Part shown: in pieces, positions 54,579 to 64,000 of the stretch
How positions within the stretch are numbered: position 1 is the stretch's first letter
Layout of the letters: every line of letters starts with the position of its first letter
Origin: a virus
Taxonomy: Duplodnaviria; Caudoviricetes
Direction: 5' to 3' (one strand)
DNA length: 64,000 nucleotides
IMG/VR virus record: IMGVR_UViG_3300049595_005065
Position numbers and translations under genes: made by a program
The notes under the pieces: generated by a model
What the model was told of the DNA's origin: nothing
Seen by the model: the letters and a program-made list of their open reading frames with translations, nothing else
Database searches by the model: none

Positions 54579-56066
54579 ATGCCGTTTAAGTCTGAAAAGC
54601 AGCGGCGTTTTCTGTGGGCCGAGCATCCTGAGATCGCCAAGCGCTGGGCGCACAAGTATCCCGAGTCCAACAAGGGCCTGCCGATGTACGCCGACAAGAA
54701 AGACGACACTGATAAGAAAGCCGCGCTTGATGTTCTGGCCCGCGCCGTGTCGAGCTTTAACCAGACGCGCGCATTTCCCAATAATGGTGAAATTAACGGC
54801 GCAAACGCCAAAAAAGCCAACTCCGGGATGATCTACATCGACGTTCCGCAAGGGGACAAGCCAACTTACGCAGGGGAAGATCGCGAGAAGGGTAAGCAGA
54901 CTGAGGGCGAAAAGCAGGTTGCGCACTGTGACGGCGAAAAGGCCGATCAGGACGCTGTAAGCGCTGTTTTTGGCAAGCTGGCCGTTGTTTTGGCGCCGAA
55001 GTTGCGCGAAATGTGGGAGCAGGAACAAGCGCTGACCGAGGGTCGAGAACCCCTGTTTGTGCCGGAAAACCTCGGTGTTCGGCGTTATTCCATTCCGAGT
55101 CCCGTCGTTCCTCCACCGATGGGCATGGCGCCCCAGGCTCCGGCCCAGGCTGGCATGCAGCCCATGGCGCAGCCTGCAAATACTCCCGTGGGCGGCGGCT
55201 CTCATCCCCAGCACAATCCAATTCAGGCTTTCGGACCGCTCGGTGCCAAGGGCCAGATCAACGGCAACGCGGCGTTTGGCCAGAAGAACTCTCCGGACAG
55301 CCTGAAGACCTCCAGCCTAAAGATTCTCACGAGCATTGATTTCTCGGGGCTGCCGGACCCCGATGACTTGGACCTCGACGAAGACGAGCGCACCAAGAGC
55401 GCCGCCAAGCCGTGCTCCTGCGGCTGCGGCGATACGGTGCCGACCTGCAAGTGCTCGAGCGCGCAGGAGTTCGGCGAGAAGCTGGCTCAGGAACTCGAGC
55501 TGAGCCTGCCTGCCCAGGTGGCTGTAATGGCTGCACTGGGCGGCGGCGCAGGTATTCGTCACGGCGGCCTGGCTGGGCTGACCGGCGGCGGGATCTACGG
55601 CGCCATTAATCCAGGCGAGTACGTTGACGAGAAGGGCCAGAAGCAAAAGCGCACCCGGCTCCAGGGCGCAGCGCAGCACGGCTTCGAGAACGCAGGCAAG
55701 CTCGGCCTGATTGGCGGCGGCCTGGGTGCAGCCACGGCGGGTAGCCTGCCGCTCGTGGCTGAGCTGCTGGGCGACAAGAGCGCAGGCCTGGGAACAGCTT
55801 TGGCCCGCGGCACAGCCCGCGGCGTCGAGAACTACAACGAAGACGTGCGCAATGAGAACTCCGAGCAGCGCGACAACCCAGACTATGCGCCCCAGCAAGA
55901 AGTCAGCGACAGCTCGGGCGCGCTGCTGGCGCTGCTCCTGGGCGGCGGTGGTCTGGCCCTGGCGCACGGCCCCAGCCTGATGGGCAAGATGACCGGCGGC
56001 TCCAGGGGTCGACGGACCAAGCGGGCCACCGCGAAAGATATCTTTGACATCGTTCAGGGTGCGTGA
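54579..56066 (+). CDS. Glycine-zipper-containing protein, probable virion/internal protein
   Basis: N-terminal MPFKSEKQRRFLWAEHPEIAKRW; GxxxG hydrophobic segments. Confidence 0.65.
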   Translation: MPFKSEKQRRFLWAEHPEIAKRWAHKYPESNKGLPMYADKKDDTDKKAALDVLARAVSSFNQTRAFPNNGEINGANAKKANSGMIYIDVPQGDKPTYAGEDREKGKQTEGEKQVAHCDGEKADQDAVSAVFGKLAVVLAPKLREMWEQEQALTEGREPLFVPENLGVRRYSIPSPVVPPPMGMAPQAPAQAGMQPMAQPANTPVGGGSHPQHNPIQAFGPLGAKGQINGNAAFGQKNSPDSLKTSSLKILTSIDFSGLPDPDDLDLDEDERTKSAAKPCSCGCGDTVPTCKCSSAQEFGEKLAQELELSLPAQVAVMAALGGGAGIRHGGLAGLTGGGIYGAINPGEYVDEKGQKQKRTRLQGAAQHGFENAGKLGLIGGGLGAATAGSLPLVAELLGDKSAGLGTALARGTARGVENYNEDVRNENSEQRDNPDYAPQQEVSDSSGALLALLLGGGGLALAHGPSLMGKMTGGSRGRRTKRATAKDIFDIVQGA

Positions 56067-58366
56067 GCTCTATGCCGCTTCCATTGGGACCGATGCTTTC
56101 TTCCGTTGGCCGGGCGCTGACTGGCCCGACGGCACGCAATGTCGCTCGCTTCGGCGCAGGCGGCACGGCGGGCTATCTGGCCAACGACGCCTATCTCAAC
56201 CAGGTCAACCCTGAAGTCTCCGACCTGGGCCGGATGCGCTCTAATCTTTTCTCTGGCGTGCTAGGCGGCGCACTGACCAGCCGCGGCGCCATGCCTGCCT
56301 TGGCCCGGGCTGCAAAGGCGCGCGACCCGAAGCTGCTCCTGGGCGGCCTGGGCGTAGCTGCCCGTTATGGCGCGATTCTGCCCGACATGGAGCACAGCCC
56401 GATTGGTTCTGGCGAAGCGCACAACAGAATTGGCCTGGGCTTTGGCAAGCTGCTTGATCCAGGCCACTCGCCGCTGCCCAAGGTCGTGGCGCACATCAAA
56501 GACCAGAAAAAGCTCGAAGAAACGCTGAACACGTGGTCGCGCCCCGTCGAGCACGGCGCCGAAATTGCGACCGACAAGGCGTACGACAAGATCAAAGCTG
56601 ATCTTGAGAAGAACAAGGGTAGCGCCGCGAAGTGGCTGCAAACAGCTGGGTTGCCTGCGACTTACGGCAGCCTGATCACGGCGCTGGGCGGCACGCCGGG
56701 TGAGAAGCCTACGCTCTCCGACGTCGGCATGGCGGCTGTGCCCCATGTTGCAGGCGGCGCTGGCGGAGCTTACCTGGGCCATCTTCTGGGCGGCGGCGTG
56801 GGGAACTTCCTGTTCAAGGACAACCCAAAAGCTGAGTACGAAGAACGCCGTCGCCAGGAACAGCGGCGTTGGTGGCTGCAGTTCCTGGGTTCTAATCTTG
56901 GCGCCGTAGGCGGTGTCTATGGCGCCATGAACGCCGCGCCGCATCTCAACAAGCTGATTGGTTCAGCCATGCAGACCAAGCAGTCGGAGGTGAAGGAAGC
57001 CGTAGGGCCGATTCCGCCGCAAACTTCTGGCCTGCTCATGCGTTCTTTGAGCAACATGCTGCGCACTGGTACGCGCGCAGGTTTGCAACGCGGCGGCCAA
57101 ATGGCGCTGGGTCTAGGCAAAGACATGGCGCTGGCTGGCGGCATGACAGCCGGACAGTACGCCGCGAACATCGTGCCGCCCGGAGGCTACGACGCCCAGG
57201 GCAAGCCGCTGGGCCCGAACACCGACCTGAGCTACATGGGGTCGCTCTACGGCACAAATCTGCTGGGCGCAAGGCTCGCCCGCGGCATGCTGAGCGGCCA
57301 GGCGTTCGCTGGTAAGGCTAACCCCCTGACGCGCGGCCTGACGCTCGGCGCGATGGCCACGGCTGCGCCGAGCGTGGTGAACCTGGGCACGAGCGTTCCG
57401 CCACTGTTTGGGCAGGTGCTCAACCCGGAGAAAATTAACAAGTACACCGCTGCGCTGGATCAGGACACCGGCCGCTTTGGCCAGGATCCCGCGGGAGCTG
57501 CCCAGGCTGCCGCCCGTGGCGCCCAGAAGGCGCTCGCAAACAAGCCAGTCGTTGCTGATGCGGCCAATCTCACCCAGGACGTCGTCGAAGAAGCAGGCGT
57601 GCCGGGCATGAGCGCCAAGGGCAACCAGAGTATCAAGGACATGCTCGGTTCGACGGGCCTGTCCATGCTGGCTCAGGGCGCGGGCATGGCGACCGGCGGC
57701 GTGGCTGGCCTGACGGCGGGCGACTGGCTCGTCGACAAACTGTTAACTACAGCCGTGAACAAGAAGTGGCTCAAGAAGCGCAAGGGGCTGCACCAGTTCC
57801 TGCGTGACCTGGGCGCCGTTGCTGGCGCGGGCCTGGGAGCTTACGGCGGCCTCAAAGCGCTGAACTACGGCGTCCCAGCTGCCGCGAACTACTACAACAA
57901 ACACCTGGCAACGCAGCCCAAGACGGCGAGCGTCACTCCAGACTGGGAAAAGATATCTTTCGAGCTGGGCGGCCTGGACGTCCGGCTGCCCGACGACGTG
58001 AACGCCGCCCGCATGACCGCTATTGCCGCGCTGGTCTCCGGCGCGCTTGGTGCTGGTCGTGGCGCCTACGACCCTGGCTACGACGAGAAGACGAACCGAC
58101 GCGGACACATTATCTCCAAGACCCGCCGCAGTCGCCTGCGGGGCGCTGGCCTGGGCGGCCTGATTGGCCTGACGACGGGCGTGGGCGGCAGCTACACCTC
58201 GCAGTTCGCCAACCAGTACCGGCCCGAGATCGACGGCTACATCCAGAGCTGGCTGCCGAAATCTGTAACCGAGCCGCAGCCACAGGTGGCAGGCGAGGAA
58301 ATGCTGCCGCACGAGAACGTAGACGTGGTGCAACCGCTGCTTGATACAATCAGTCATACCGCCTAG
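56063..58366 (+). CDS. Large Gly/Ala-rich multi-glycine-zipper protein
   Basis: 767 aa; repeated GGAGGAYLG/GAGLGAYGG-type helices. Confidence 0.7.
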   Translation: MSSMPLPLGPMLSSVGRALTGPTARNVARFGAGGTAGYLANDAYLNQVNPEVSDLGRMRSNLFSGVLGGALTSRGAMPALARAAKARDPKLLLGGLGVAARYGAILPDMEHSPIGSGEAHNRIGLGFGKLLDPGHSPLPKVVAHIKDQKKLEETLNTWSRPVEHGAEIATDKAYDKIKADLEKNKGSAAKWLQTAGLPATYGSLITALGGTPGEKPTLSDVGMAAVPHVAGGAGGAYLGHLLGGGVGNFLFKDNPKAEYEERRRQEQRRWWLQFLGSNLGAVGGVYGAMNAAPHLNKLIGSAMQTKQSEVKEAVGPIPPQTSGLLMRSLSNMLRTGTRAGLQRGGQMALGLGKDMALAGGMTAGQYAANIVPPGGYDAQGKPLGPNTDLSYMGSLYGTNLLGARLARGMLSGQAFAGKANPLTRGLTLGAMATAAPSVVNLGTSVPPLFGQVLNPEKINKYTAALDQDTGRFGQDPAGAAQAAARGAQKALANKPVVADAANLTQDVVEEAGVPGMSAKGNQSIKDMLGSTGLSMLAQGAGMATGGVAGLTAGDWLVDKLLTTAVNKKWLKKRKGLHQFLRDLGAVAGAGLGAYGGLKALNYGVPAAANYYNKHLATQPKTASVTPDWEKISFELGGLDVRLPDDVNAARMTAIAALVSGALGAGRGAYDPGYDEKTNRRGHIISKTRRSRLRGAGLGGLIGLTTGVGGSYTSQFANQYRPEIDGYIQSWLPKSVTEPQPQVAGEEMLPHENVDVVQPLLDTISHTA

Positions 58367-58396
58367 TTGGGTGCTTTTCATACACGGAGTCTTGTT

Positions 58397-58882
58397 ATGT
58401 CTGCTTATCAGAAGATTGCCAGCGCCCGCGAGTTCGGCGAAAAATTTGGTGGCTATATCGAATATGCGGGCAATGATCCAAAAGAACTCGCCTGGCAGAA
58501 AAAATACGAAAAGCATGTCCGCAAGTGGGAAAAAGAAGACATGAAGAAAAAGCCAGCCCGCGAGTTCGGCGAGAAGCTGGCCATGGACCCGCGCCTCATG
58601 GGCGGCCTGGGCGGCGCAGCGGTGATGGGTCTGGGAGGCGCCGCGCTGGGCGCGATGAACCCCGGCGAGGAAGAGACAGTTGACGACAACGGCCGGGTCG
58701 TGAAGCGCCAGAAGAGCCGACTGAGCAGCGCGCTGGCGGGCGGCCTGGGTGGCGCACTGGCAGGTGGTGCGGGCGGCGCAGCTTTGGGTCACTTTCGGGG
58801 CGACAACGTGCGGGATTTTGGCAACATGCTGCGGGCGCGACTGGGCGGTGAAACGCAAGCTCCGCCGCCGAAAGTTATCTGA
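58397..58882 (+). CDS. Glycine-zipper protein, paralogous module to 54579 and 56063
   Basis: AREFGEK twice; GAMNPG...SRLSSALAGGLGG. Confidence 0.65.
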   Translation: MSAYQKIASAREFGEKFGGYIEYAGNDPKELAWQKKYEKHVRKWEKEDMKKKPAREFGEKLAMDPRLMGGLGGAAVMGLGGAALGAMNPGEEETVDDNGRVVKRQKSRLSSALAGGLGGALAGGAGGAALGHFRGDNVRDFGNMLRARLGGETQAPPPKVI

Positions 58883-58913
58883 TAGCTAAAAAAACTTGCG
58901 CTATATTGAGCGC

Positions 58914-59654
58914 ATGGACACAGCCCAACAAGCAGAAGACCCCGAGCTGTCGGCCTACATCCAGGTCTACGGCAACAAGCGCGCCGTGCTCGAGAGCCTG
59001 AAGAGCTTTCGGGCGCACTACCCGCGGGCAAAGATATCTTTGATCTCCGACGGCGGAGAAAGCTTCGCTGAGTTTGCGCAGCCTTTCCAGCTCTATTACG
59101 AGCACTCGCCGGTGAACACGCTGCCGAGCGCCCGGCTGGCCAACCCTGACTGCGCCCGGGAGTATCTCCGCAGGATCTACCAGCACTGTCAGCGCGCCAG
59201 GAGCCTCTGGGTGCTGATCCTGGAAGAAGACGTGCTCACGTACCGTCGGGTGCGCAAGTATCCGAAAGTTCACAGCGCTGGGCCCCGGAACAACCCGTTC
59301 TCGCGTGAGCTCAACGAGTACCTGAACAACAAGCGGCTCACGTCCGGCGTGGAGTACTTCTACAACCTCAGCGGCGGGGGAGTTTTTCACCGCGAGACTT
59401 TCCTGCTGTGCTACGAGCAAAACCACTTCGACCTGAACTACGCCTGGCTGCTCGACGAGCGCCTGGCGGCCACGGACGCGCTGCTCTCGGCGTTCTTTCT
59501 GGCCAACAACCAAGACAACGTCGCCTGGGAAGAAGTCTCCGAGAAGCACATTGCCAGGCAGGATTTAGTGATCGACCGGGACGCCGCGTTCGACCACAAC
59601 GACAAGCGCTGGTACGGCCAGCCGTTTGACGCGAGCCTGCTGCCGCGCGCTTAA
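58914..59654 (+). CDS. GT-A-like glycosyltransferase
   Basis: ISLISDGG; LILEEDV; GGGVF. Confidence 0.55.
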   Translation: MDTAQQAEDPELSAYIQVYGNKRAVLESLKSFRAHYPRAKISLISDGGESFAEFAQPFQLYYEHSPVNTLPSARLANPDCAREYLRRIYQHCQRARSLWVLILEEDVLTYRRVRKYPKVHSAGPRNNPFSRELNEYLNNKRLTSGVEYFYNLSGGGVFHRETFLLCYEQNHFDLNYAWLLDERLAATDALLSAFFLANNQDNVAWEEVSEKHIARQDLVIDRDAAFDHNDKRWYGQPFDASLLPRA

Positions 59655-59722
59655 AACCAGGCGCTTTCTGGTAAACTGGCCCGGAATAGATATCTATTGC
59701 CAGAGCAGGCAAGGACGCCCGC

Positions 59723-61624
59723 ATGCCCGCAGCCGCTGTTCCACAAGCCGACCTGCACGCGCGCTTTCAGCCCGACTACACGCCCGAGCAGCTCGAGGGC
59801 CTGGGCGTGTACGACGCGCTGTACCGTGGCGCTGCGCCCCGTCTAGCCAGCCTGGGCGAGTGGAAGCCCGAGTGGATCAGCGAGCATGACCCCAAGGGCT
59901 GGGCCCAGTGGTACAAGCGCTACGCCGCCGGACGCAGGATCCCGGGCGAAGACGAGCGCCAGATCAAGCGCTGGCTGAGCTTCAAGTCGCGCCACGGCGG
60001 GCCATTCGCAAAGAACCCCACAGCGCGCCGGGGCTGGGCGCTGCGCAACTGGGCTGTGGATCCCGCGAAGCTTGTGCCCGAGCAGGCGCAGCAGATCAAC
60101 GACATGCTCGAGGAGCGTAAGCGCAAGGCGATGCAGAAGTTCGTCCAGGAGCGCGTGCAGACTGAGAAAGCTGCTGAGCTGGTTCCTGAAGTTCAGCTCC
60201 AGGAGCACCAGCAGCGCGTTGCCGATAGAGTCTCCACAGGCGACCCCCGCTTGCTCGTCTATCACGGCCTGGGCTCTGGGAAGTCTCTCTCGGCGCTGGC
60301 TGCGGCCGAGGCTGCCAGGAAAGTCCACGGCGATAACTACGGCGTGGTAGTCCCGGCCAGTTTGCGCGGCAACTTCCAGAAGGAAGTCAAGAAGTTCACC
60401 CGGAACTCCAGCCCCGAGATCCTGAGCTACACGGGCCTGGCGCTGGGCAAGCGCTTTCAGAATCCAGCCGACACGGTGGTCATGGACGAGGCGCAGCGCT
60501 TGCGTAATCCGACCTCGGGGGCGACCCAGGGCGCCAAGCAGCTCGCCCGCCAGGCCAAGAGACTCGTGCTTCTCTCGGGCACGCCGATCACGAACTCGCC
60601 GACTGACCTGGCGAGTTTGATATCTTTGCTCGACAACAAGAACATGTCGCCGCAGGAGTTCGAGCAGAAGTTCATTGGGTACAAGAAAAAGTTCCCTGGC
60701 CTGCTTAAGTATCTTCAGGGCGCGCAGTCAGGCGAGGAACCATACGTCAAGAACGAGGGCGAGCTGCGCAAGATGCTCGCCGGAAAAGTTGACTACCAGC
60801 CGAGCAAGACTCCCCAGGGAGTGACAGTCAACGAAGAGACCGTGCAGGTGCCGCTCTCGGGCGAGCAGGAGCGCATCCAGCGCGCCATTCGGACGCGCAT
60901 TCCGCCAGGGTTTCTCTGGAAGCTCGACCAGGAGTTCCCGCTCTCGCGCGACGAGCTGAACAAGCTGAATAGCTTCTTGACTGGCCTGCGGCAGGTGAGT
61001 CTCTCGACGCAGCCATTTCGGGCCGACAAGAATCCGCTCAAGGCGTTCGACCAGTCGAGCAAGCTGCGCGAGGCCATGAAGCGCCTGCGCGAGAACCTGG
61101 ATGCTGACCCGCGGCGCAAGGCGATCGTCTACTCAAACTTCATCGACTCTGGCATTCAGCCGTACGCCCGGGCGCTCGAGCGGGACAAGATTCCTTACGG
61201 GATCTTCCACGGCGGGATCCCTGTGGCCCAGCGCCAGCAAGCACTCAAAGACTACAACGAGGGCAAGCTCAGAGCTTTGCTGCTGGGCCCAGCCGCCGCC
61301 GAGGGAATCTCGACCAAGGGCACCAGTCTCATTCAGCTCCTGGACCCGTACTGGCACGAATCGCGCACGCAGCAGGCCCGCGGCAGAGGTTTGCGCTTCG
61401 ACTCGCACGAGGGCCTGCCCGAGGAGCTCAAGAACGTCGCGGTGCAAAGATATCTTTCGACGAGCAAAGAGCCTGGCTTGTTTAGCAAGTACGTGCTGGG
61501 CCGCCGACGGGAGCGCACCGGCGACGAGGTTTTGCAGCACCTGGCCGACAAGAAAGAGCAGCTCAACGAGGCCTTCCGCAAAATCCTGCGTGAAGTGGGG
61601 ACGCCGCGCGAGACAGTACAATAG
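59723..61624 (+). CDS. SNF2-like SF2 helicase (NCLDV D6/D11-like motifs) with an extra N-terminal domain
   Basis: VYHGLGSGKS; DEAQ; SGTPITN; QARGRGLRFDSH..LP..KNVAVQRY; N-terminal DPKGWAQWYKRY..GRR..EDERQIKRW. Confidence 0.85.
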   Translation: MPAAAVPQADLHARFQPDYTPEQLEGLGVYDALYRGAAPRLASLGEWKPEWISEHDPKGWAQWYKRYAAGRRIPGEDERQIKRWLSFKSRHGGPFAKNPTARRGWALRNWAVDPAKLVPEQAQQINDMLEERKRKAMQKFVQERVQTEKAAELVPEVQLQEHQQRVADRVSTGDPRLLVYHGLGSGKSLSALAAAEAARKVHGDNYGVVVPASLRGNFQKEVKKFTRNSSPEILSYTGLALGKRFQNPADTVVMDEAQRLRNPTSGATQGAKQLARQAKRLVLLSGTPITNSPTDLASLISLLDNKNMSPQEFEQKFIGYKKKFPGLLKYLQGAQSGEEPYVKNEGELRKMLAGKVDYQPSKTPQGVTVNEETVQVPLSGEQERIQRAIRTRIPPGFLWKLDQEFPLSRDELNKLNSFLTGLRQVSLSTQPFRADKNPLKAFDQSSKLREAMKRLRENLDADPRRKAIVYSNFIDSGIQPYARALERDKIPYGIFHGGIPVAQRQQALKDYNEGKLRALLLGPAAAEGISTKGTSLIQLLDPYWHESRTQQARGRGLRFDSHEGLPEELKNVAVQRYLSTSKEPGLFSKYVLGRRRERTGDEVLQHLADKKEQLNEAFRKILREVGTPRETVQ

Positions 61625-61670
61625 CGGCTGGTGTGCTGGATTCTCTTGCTGATTTCCAAGGACGGAAACC

Positions 61671-63806
61671 ATGCCGACTCCCCTGACCCGTGTTTTCCGG
61701 CTGCTGCGCTTCTTTGCGACGCGGCGGCGCGCCGTGAACGAAACGACTGGCGTGCCCACGGATCTGCTGCCAGGCGAGATCGCTTACGGCGAGGACGAGA
61801 ACACGGTCTACATCGGCCGCACTGATGGCTCAGTAGGTATTCTCGCCTCGGGCGGCTCTGTTGGCCCGACTGGTCCCACGGGACCGACAGGCCCCGCAGG
61901 GACGCCCGGTGCCACAGGACCGTCTGGTGCGCGCGGTTTTGTCGGAGCCACCGGCGCCACGGGCGTTACTGGCGCCACGGGGCCCTCGGGAGCTTCCGGC
62001 GCGCGTGGTCCCACAGGAGCTACCGGCGCGACAGGCGCAACAGGTCCGTCTGGTCCAAGCGGTGTACCGGGTTTGCAGGGACCGACGGGCTTGCAGGGCC
62101 TGCCCGGCTCGACGGGGCCGACCGGTCCAACTGGTCCCGCCGGGCCTACTGGTGTTGGTGCGACAGGCGCCACAGGGGCCACGGGACCGACCGGTCCAAC
62201 TGGTCCCGCCGGGCCTACTGGTGTTGGTGCGACAGGCGCCACAGGGGCCACGGGACCGACGGGGCCTTCTGGCGCCGCAGGGTCTACTGGCCCATCGGGC
62301 GTGGGCTTTAACTGGCGCGGAGAATATCAGAACCCAGAAGTCTACGGGCCCTACAACGTCAATGATGTTGTGCTGTTCAACGGCAGCGCGTACATCTGTT
62401 TGCAGTACATGTCAGGTTTGATTGACCCGGAAACAATTCCTGACGGGCCCGATTATTGGGCGCTGTTTGCGGCAGGCGGAACTGCGGGATTGAACGGCGC
62501 GCCCGGCGCTACGGGACCAACAGGCCCAGCGGGCGCCACGGGACCCGCAGGCCCGACAGGCGCTACAGGCCCCACAGGCCCCGCGGGGCCGACAGGCGCG
62601 ACAGGCGCGACGGGACCTAGCGGTTCGGTTGGTGCCACGGGACCAACAGGGCCGTCAGGCGCTGACGGCAAAAGCGTCACGATTCTGGGCAGCTACAGCA
62701 GCGAGAGCGCGTTAATTGCAGCGCAGCCGACTGGTGCCGAAGGCGACGCATATCTTGTTGCTGGCAATTTGTACGTTTGGTCTTCAAACACGGCGACGTG
62801 GACTAACGTTGGCAATATCCAAGGGCCGCAAGGCGCCACCGGTCCGACCGGTCCGACTGGCGCTACTGGCGCTACTGGGACCCCGGGCGCAACTGGCGCA
62901 ACTGGCGCTACGGGGCCGACCGGCCCTCAAGGCGCGACCGGTGCCACTGGTCCCACCGGGCCAAGCGCGCTTAGCGCTGATTTCACCGTGCTGGCCGTTT
63001 CGCAGGGCGCGTACAGCGACGGCATGGTTATTTCGGCGGGCACAGCGATTGAGACGATCATCAAGAACATGCTGCAGGTTGTGGTGCCGCCAAACTACGC
63101 CGCGCCAACGCTTGCGCTAGGGAGCAATATCGCGATTACGGAGATCGGCACGACGGTCTCGCCTACGCTTACGCCGACCTGGACACAGAACGACGCCGGA
63201 ACAGCGACGGCATACACTCTCAAGCGCGGCGGCTCGGGCGGCACGACGATCTACAGCGCGGCAAGCCCGGCGGCCTACACCGACTCCTCGGCGTATCAGC
63301 TTACGACCGCGACGCAGTACTACGCGCGCACTGATTACGGCCAGGGCCCGCTCAAGCAGGACAACACCGGCGCTGACTTTCCAACTGGTCGTATCGCCGC
63401 AGGCTTTAAGGAAGCTACGGCAACGCTCACGCCGCGGCGGCGCGTGTTTTACTGGGCTGACACTAGCACGGATATCCCAACGACCAGGGCGCAGTTTATC
63501 GCGGCGCACGCGACGCCTGTGTTTTTTATCGCCTCGGGGCTTGAGATTGCGATTCCCCAAGGCGCCAAACGCGTGGTGATTGCCGTACCGCAGAGCGCTG
63601 GTTTGACCCTGAACACAAACTCAATCTTCTATGTGCAGCTCAACGGTTTTGTAGGTGACACGTTTACGTTGTTGAATCCGGCACCGCTGATTGGCGGCGC
63701 AAGTGATTACTCGCCGATCGCCTACACTGTGTACTACTACATCACGGGCTCGGGTTTTGGCAGCGCCGCCACGTATCGTCTGCTCTTTACGGTGAACGCC
63801 ACATGA
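61671..63806 (+). CDS. Collagen-like (G-P/A-T) fibre protein, probable tail fibre
   Basis: Three Gly-X-Y tracts; N-terminal [13 protein letters not shown]; WRGEY..YNVNDVV..NGSAYIC. Confidence 0.8.
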   Translation: MPTPLTRVFRLLRFFATRRRAVNETTGVPTDLLPGEIAYGEDENTVYIGRTDGSVGILASGGSVGPTGPTGPTGPAGTPGATGPSGARGFVGATGATGVTGATGPSGASGARGPTGATGATGATGPSGPSGVPGLQGPTGLQGLPGSTGPTGPTGPAGPTGVGATGATGATGPTGPTGPAGPTGVGATGATGATGPTGPSGAAGSTGPSGVGFNWRGEYQNPEVYGPYNVNDVVLFNGSAYICLQYMSGLIDPETIPDGPDYWALFAAGGTAGLNGAPGATGPTGPAGATGPAGPTGATGPTGPAGPTGATGATGPSGSVGATGPTGPSGADGKSVTILGSYSSESALIAAQPTGAEGDAYLVAGNLYVWSSNTATWTNVGNIQGPQGATGPTGPTGATGATGTPGATGATGATGPTGPQGATGATGPTGPSALSADFTVLAVSQGAYSDGMVISAGTAIETIIKNMLQVVVPPNYAAPTLALGSNIAITEIGTTVSPTLTPTWTQNDAGTATAYTLKRGGSGGTTIYSAASPAAYTDSSAYQLTTATQYYARTDYGQGPLKQDNTGADFPTGRIAAGFKEATATLTPRRRVFYWADTSTDIPTTRAQFIAAHATPVFFIASGLEIAIPQGAKRVVIAVPQSAGLTLNTNSIFYVQLNGFVGDTFTLLNPAPLIGGASDYSPIAYTVYYYITGSGFGSAATYRLLFTVNAT
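62118..62255 (+). repeat. Perfect 69-bp tandem duplication within the collagen tract
   Basis: 62118-62186 equals 62187-62255, encoding [23 protein letters not shown]. Confidence 0.9.
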
Positions 63807-64000
63807 GTACGCCGCTTCCAACACCAAAAGGCTATCAACGTCTTGGTAGCTTTCCCTTGGACAGCACTGCAGTCTTTGAGACTTACGCGGCGCTGTCGGC
63901 GTACGCAAGCGACACCAGCAGCGCGGCTTACGTTGGGCAAATTTGTGCTGTCAACACGGGCACCGCGGTTACGATCTACGTCATTGAAACTAACAGATCG
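63803..64000 (+). CDS. Partial CDS, probably structural, runs off the window
   Basis: ATGA coupling; [22 protein letters not shown]...YVGQICAV. Confidence 0.6.
   Translation, partial: MSTPLPTPKGYQRLGSFPLDSTAVFETYAALSAYASDTSSAAYVGQICAVNTGTAVTIYVIETNRS

Noticed and set aside
58885-58910. GCTAAA...GCTATAT upstream of 58914 as a fifth promoter copy
   Set aside because: The spacing is 9 rather than 16 nt and the second box differs; a promoter of another type is possible.

Overview
This is 64 kb of a GC-rich (by eye about 63-66%), densely packed tailed-bacteriophage genome, probably a large or jumbo phage. Every credible gene is on the + strand and many are translationally coupled. The host is not established; HldE suggests a heptose-using diderm host. 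Layout: (i) 0.2-6.5 kb, divergent Rep-like and HTH/DHS-like genes, an HldE-like heptose kinase/nucleotidyltransferase, a DEDDh exonuclease and a small tRNA-like ncRNA cluster; (ii) 6.5-28 kb, recombination and replication genes (SbcD/SbcC, an IS110/Nop-fold-like protein, a solo RAMP/Cas7-like protein, SF2 helicase, DnaB-like helicase, primase, UDG-like/PolA fusion, probable SSB, RecA/UvsX); (iii) 28-45 kb, glycosyltransferases, RuvC-like resolvase, probable portal, HD protein, tmk, tdk; (iv) 45-54.5 kb, small accessory genes with an S4-domain gene, a second non-canonical cloverleaf, a tmRNA, an AAA ATPase and a hairpin-rich non-coding region; (v) 54.5-64 kb, glycine-zipper paralogues, a SNF2-like helicase fusion and a collagen-like fibre. 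The strongest unexplained signals are a 12-bp palindrome WWWGATATCWWW found 25 times by eye, inside genes in all three frames and between genes; two non-canonical tRNA-like cloverleafs with shared architecture, one next to a 15-nt copy of the 16S decoding-site sequence; stand-alone RAMP-like and IS110/Tas-like proteins with no visible array; and a four-copy promoter-like motif GCTAAA-N16-GGCATAT. All protein assignments come from motif recognition by eye; no database search was run.
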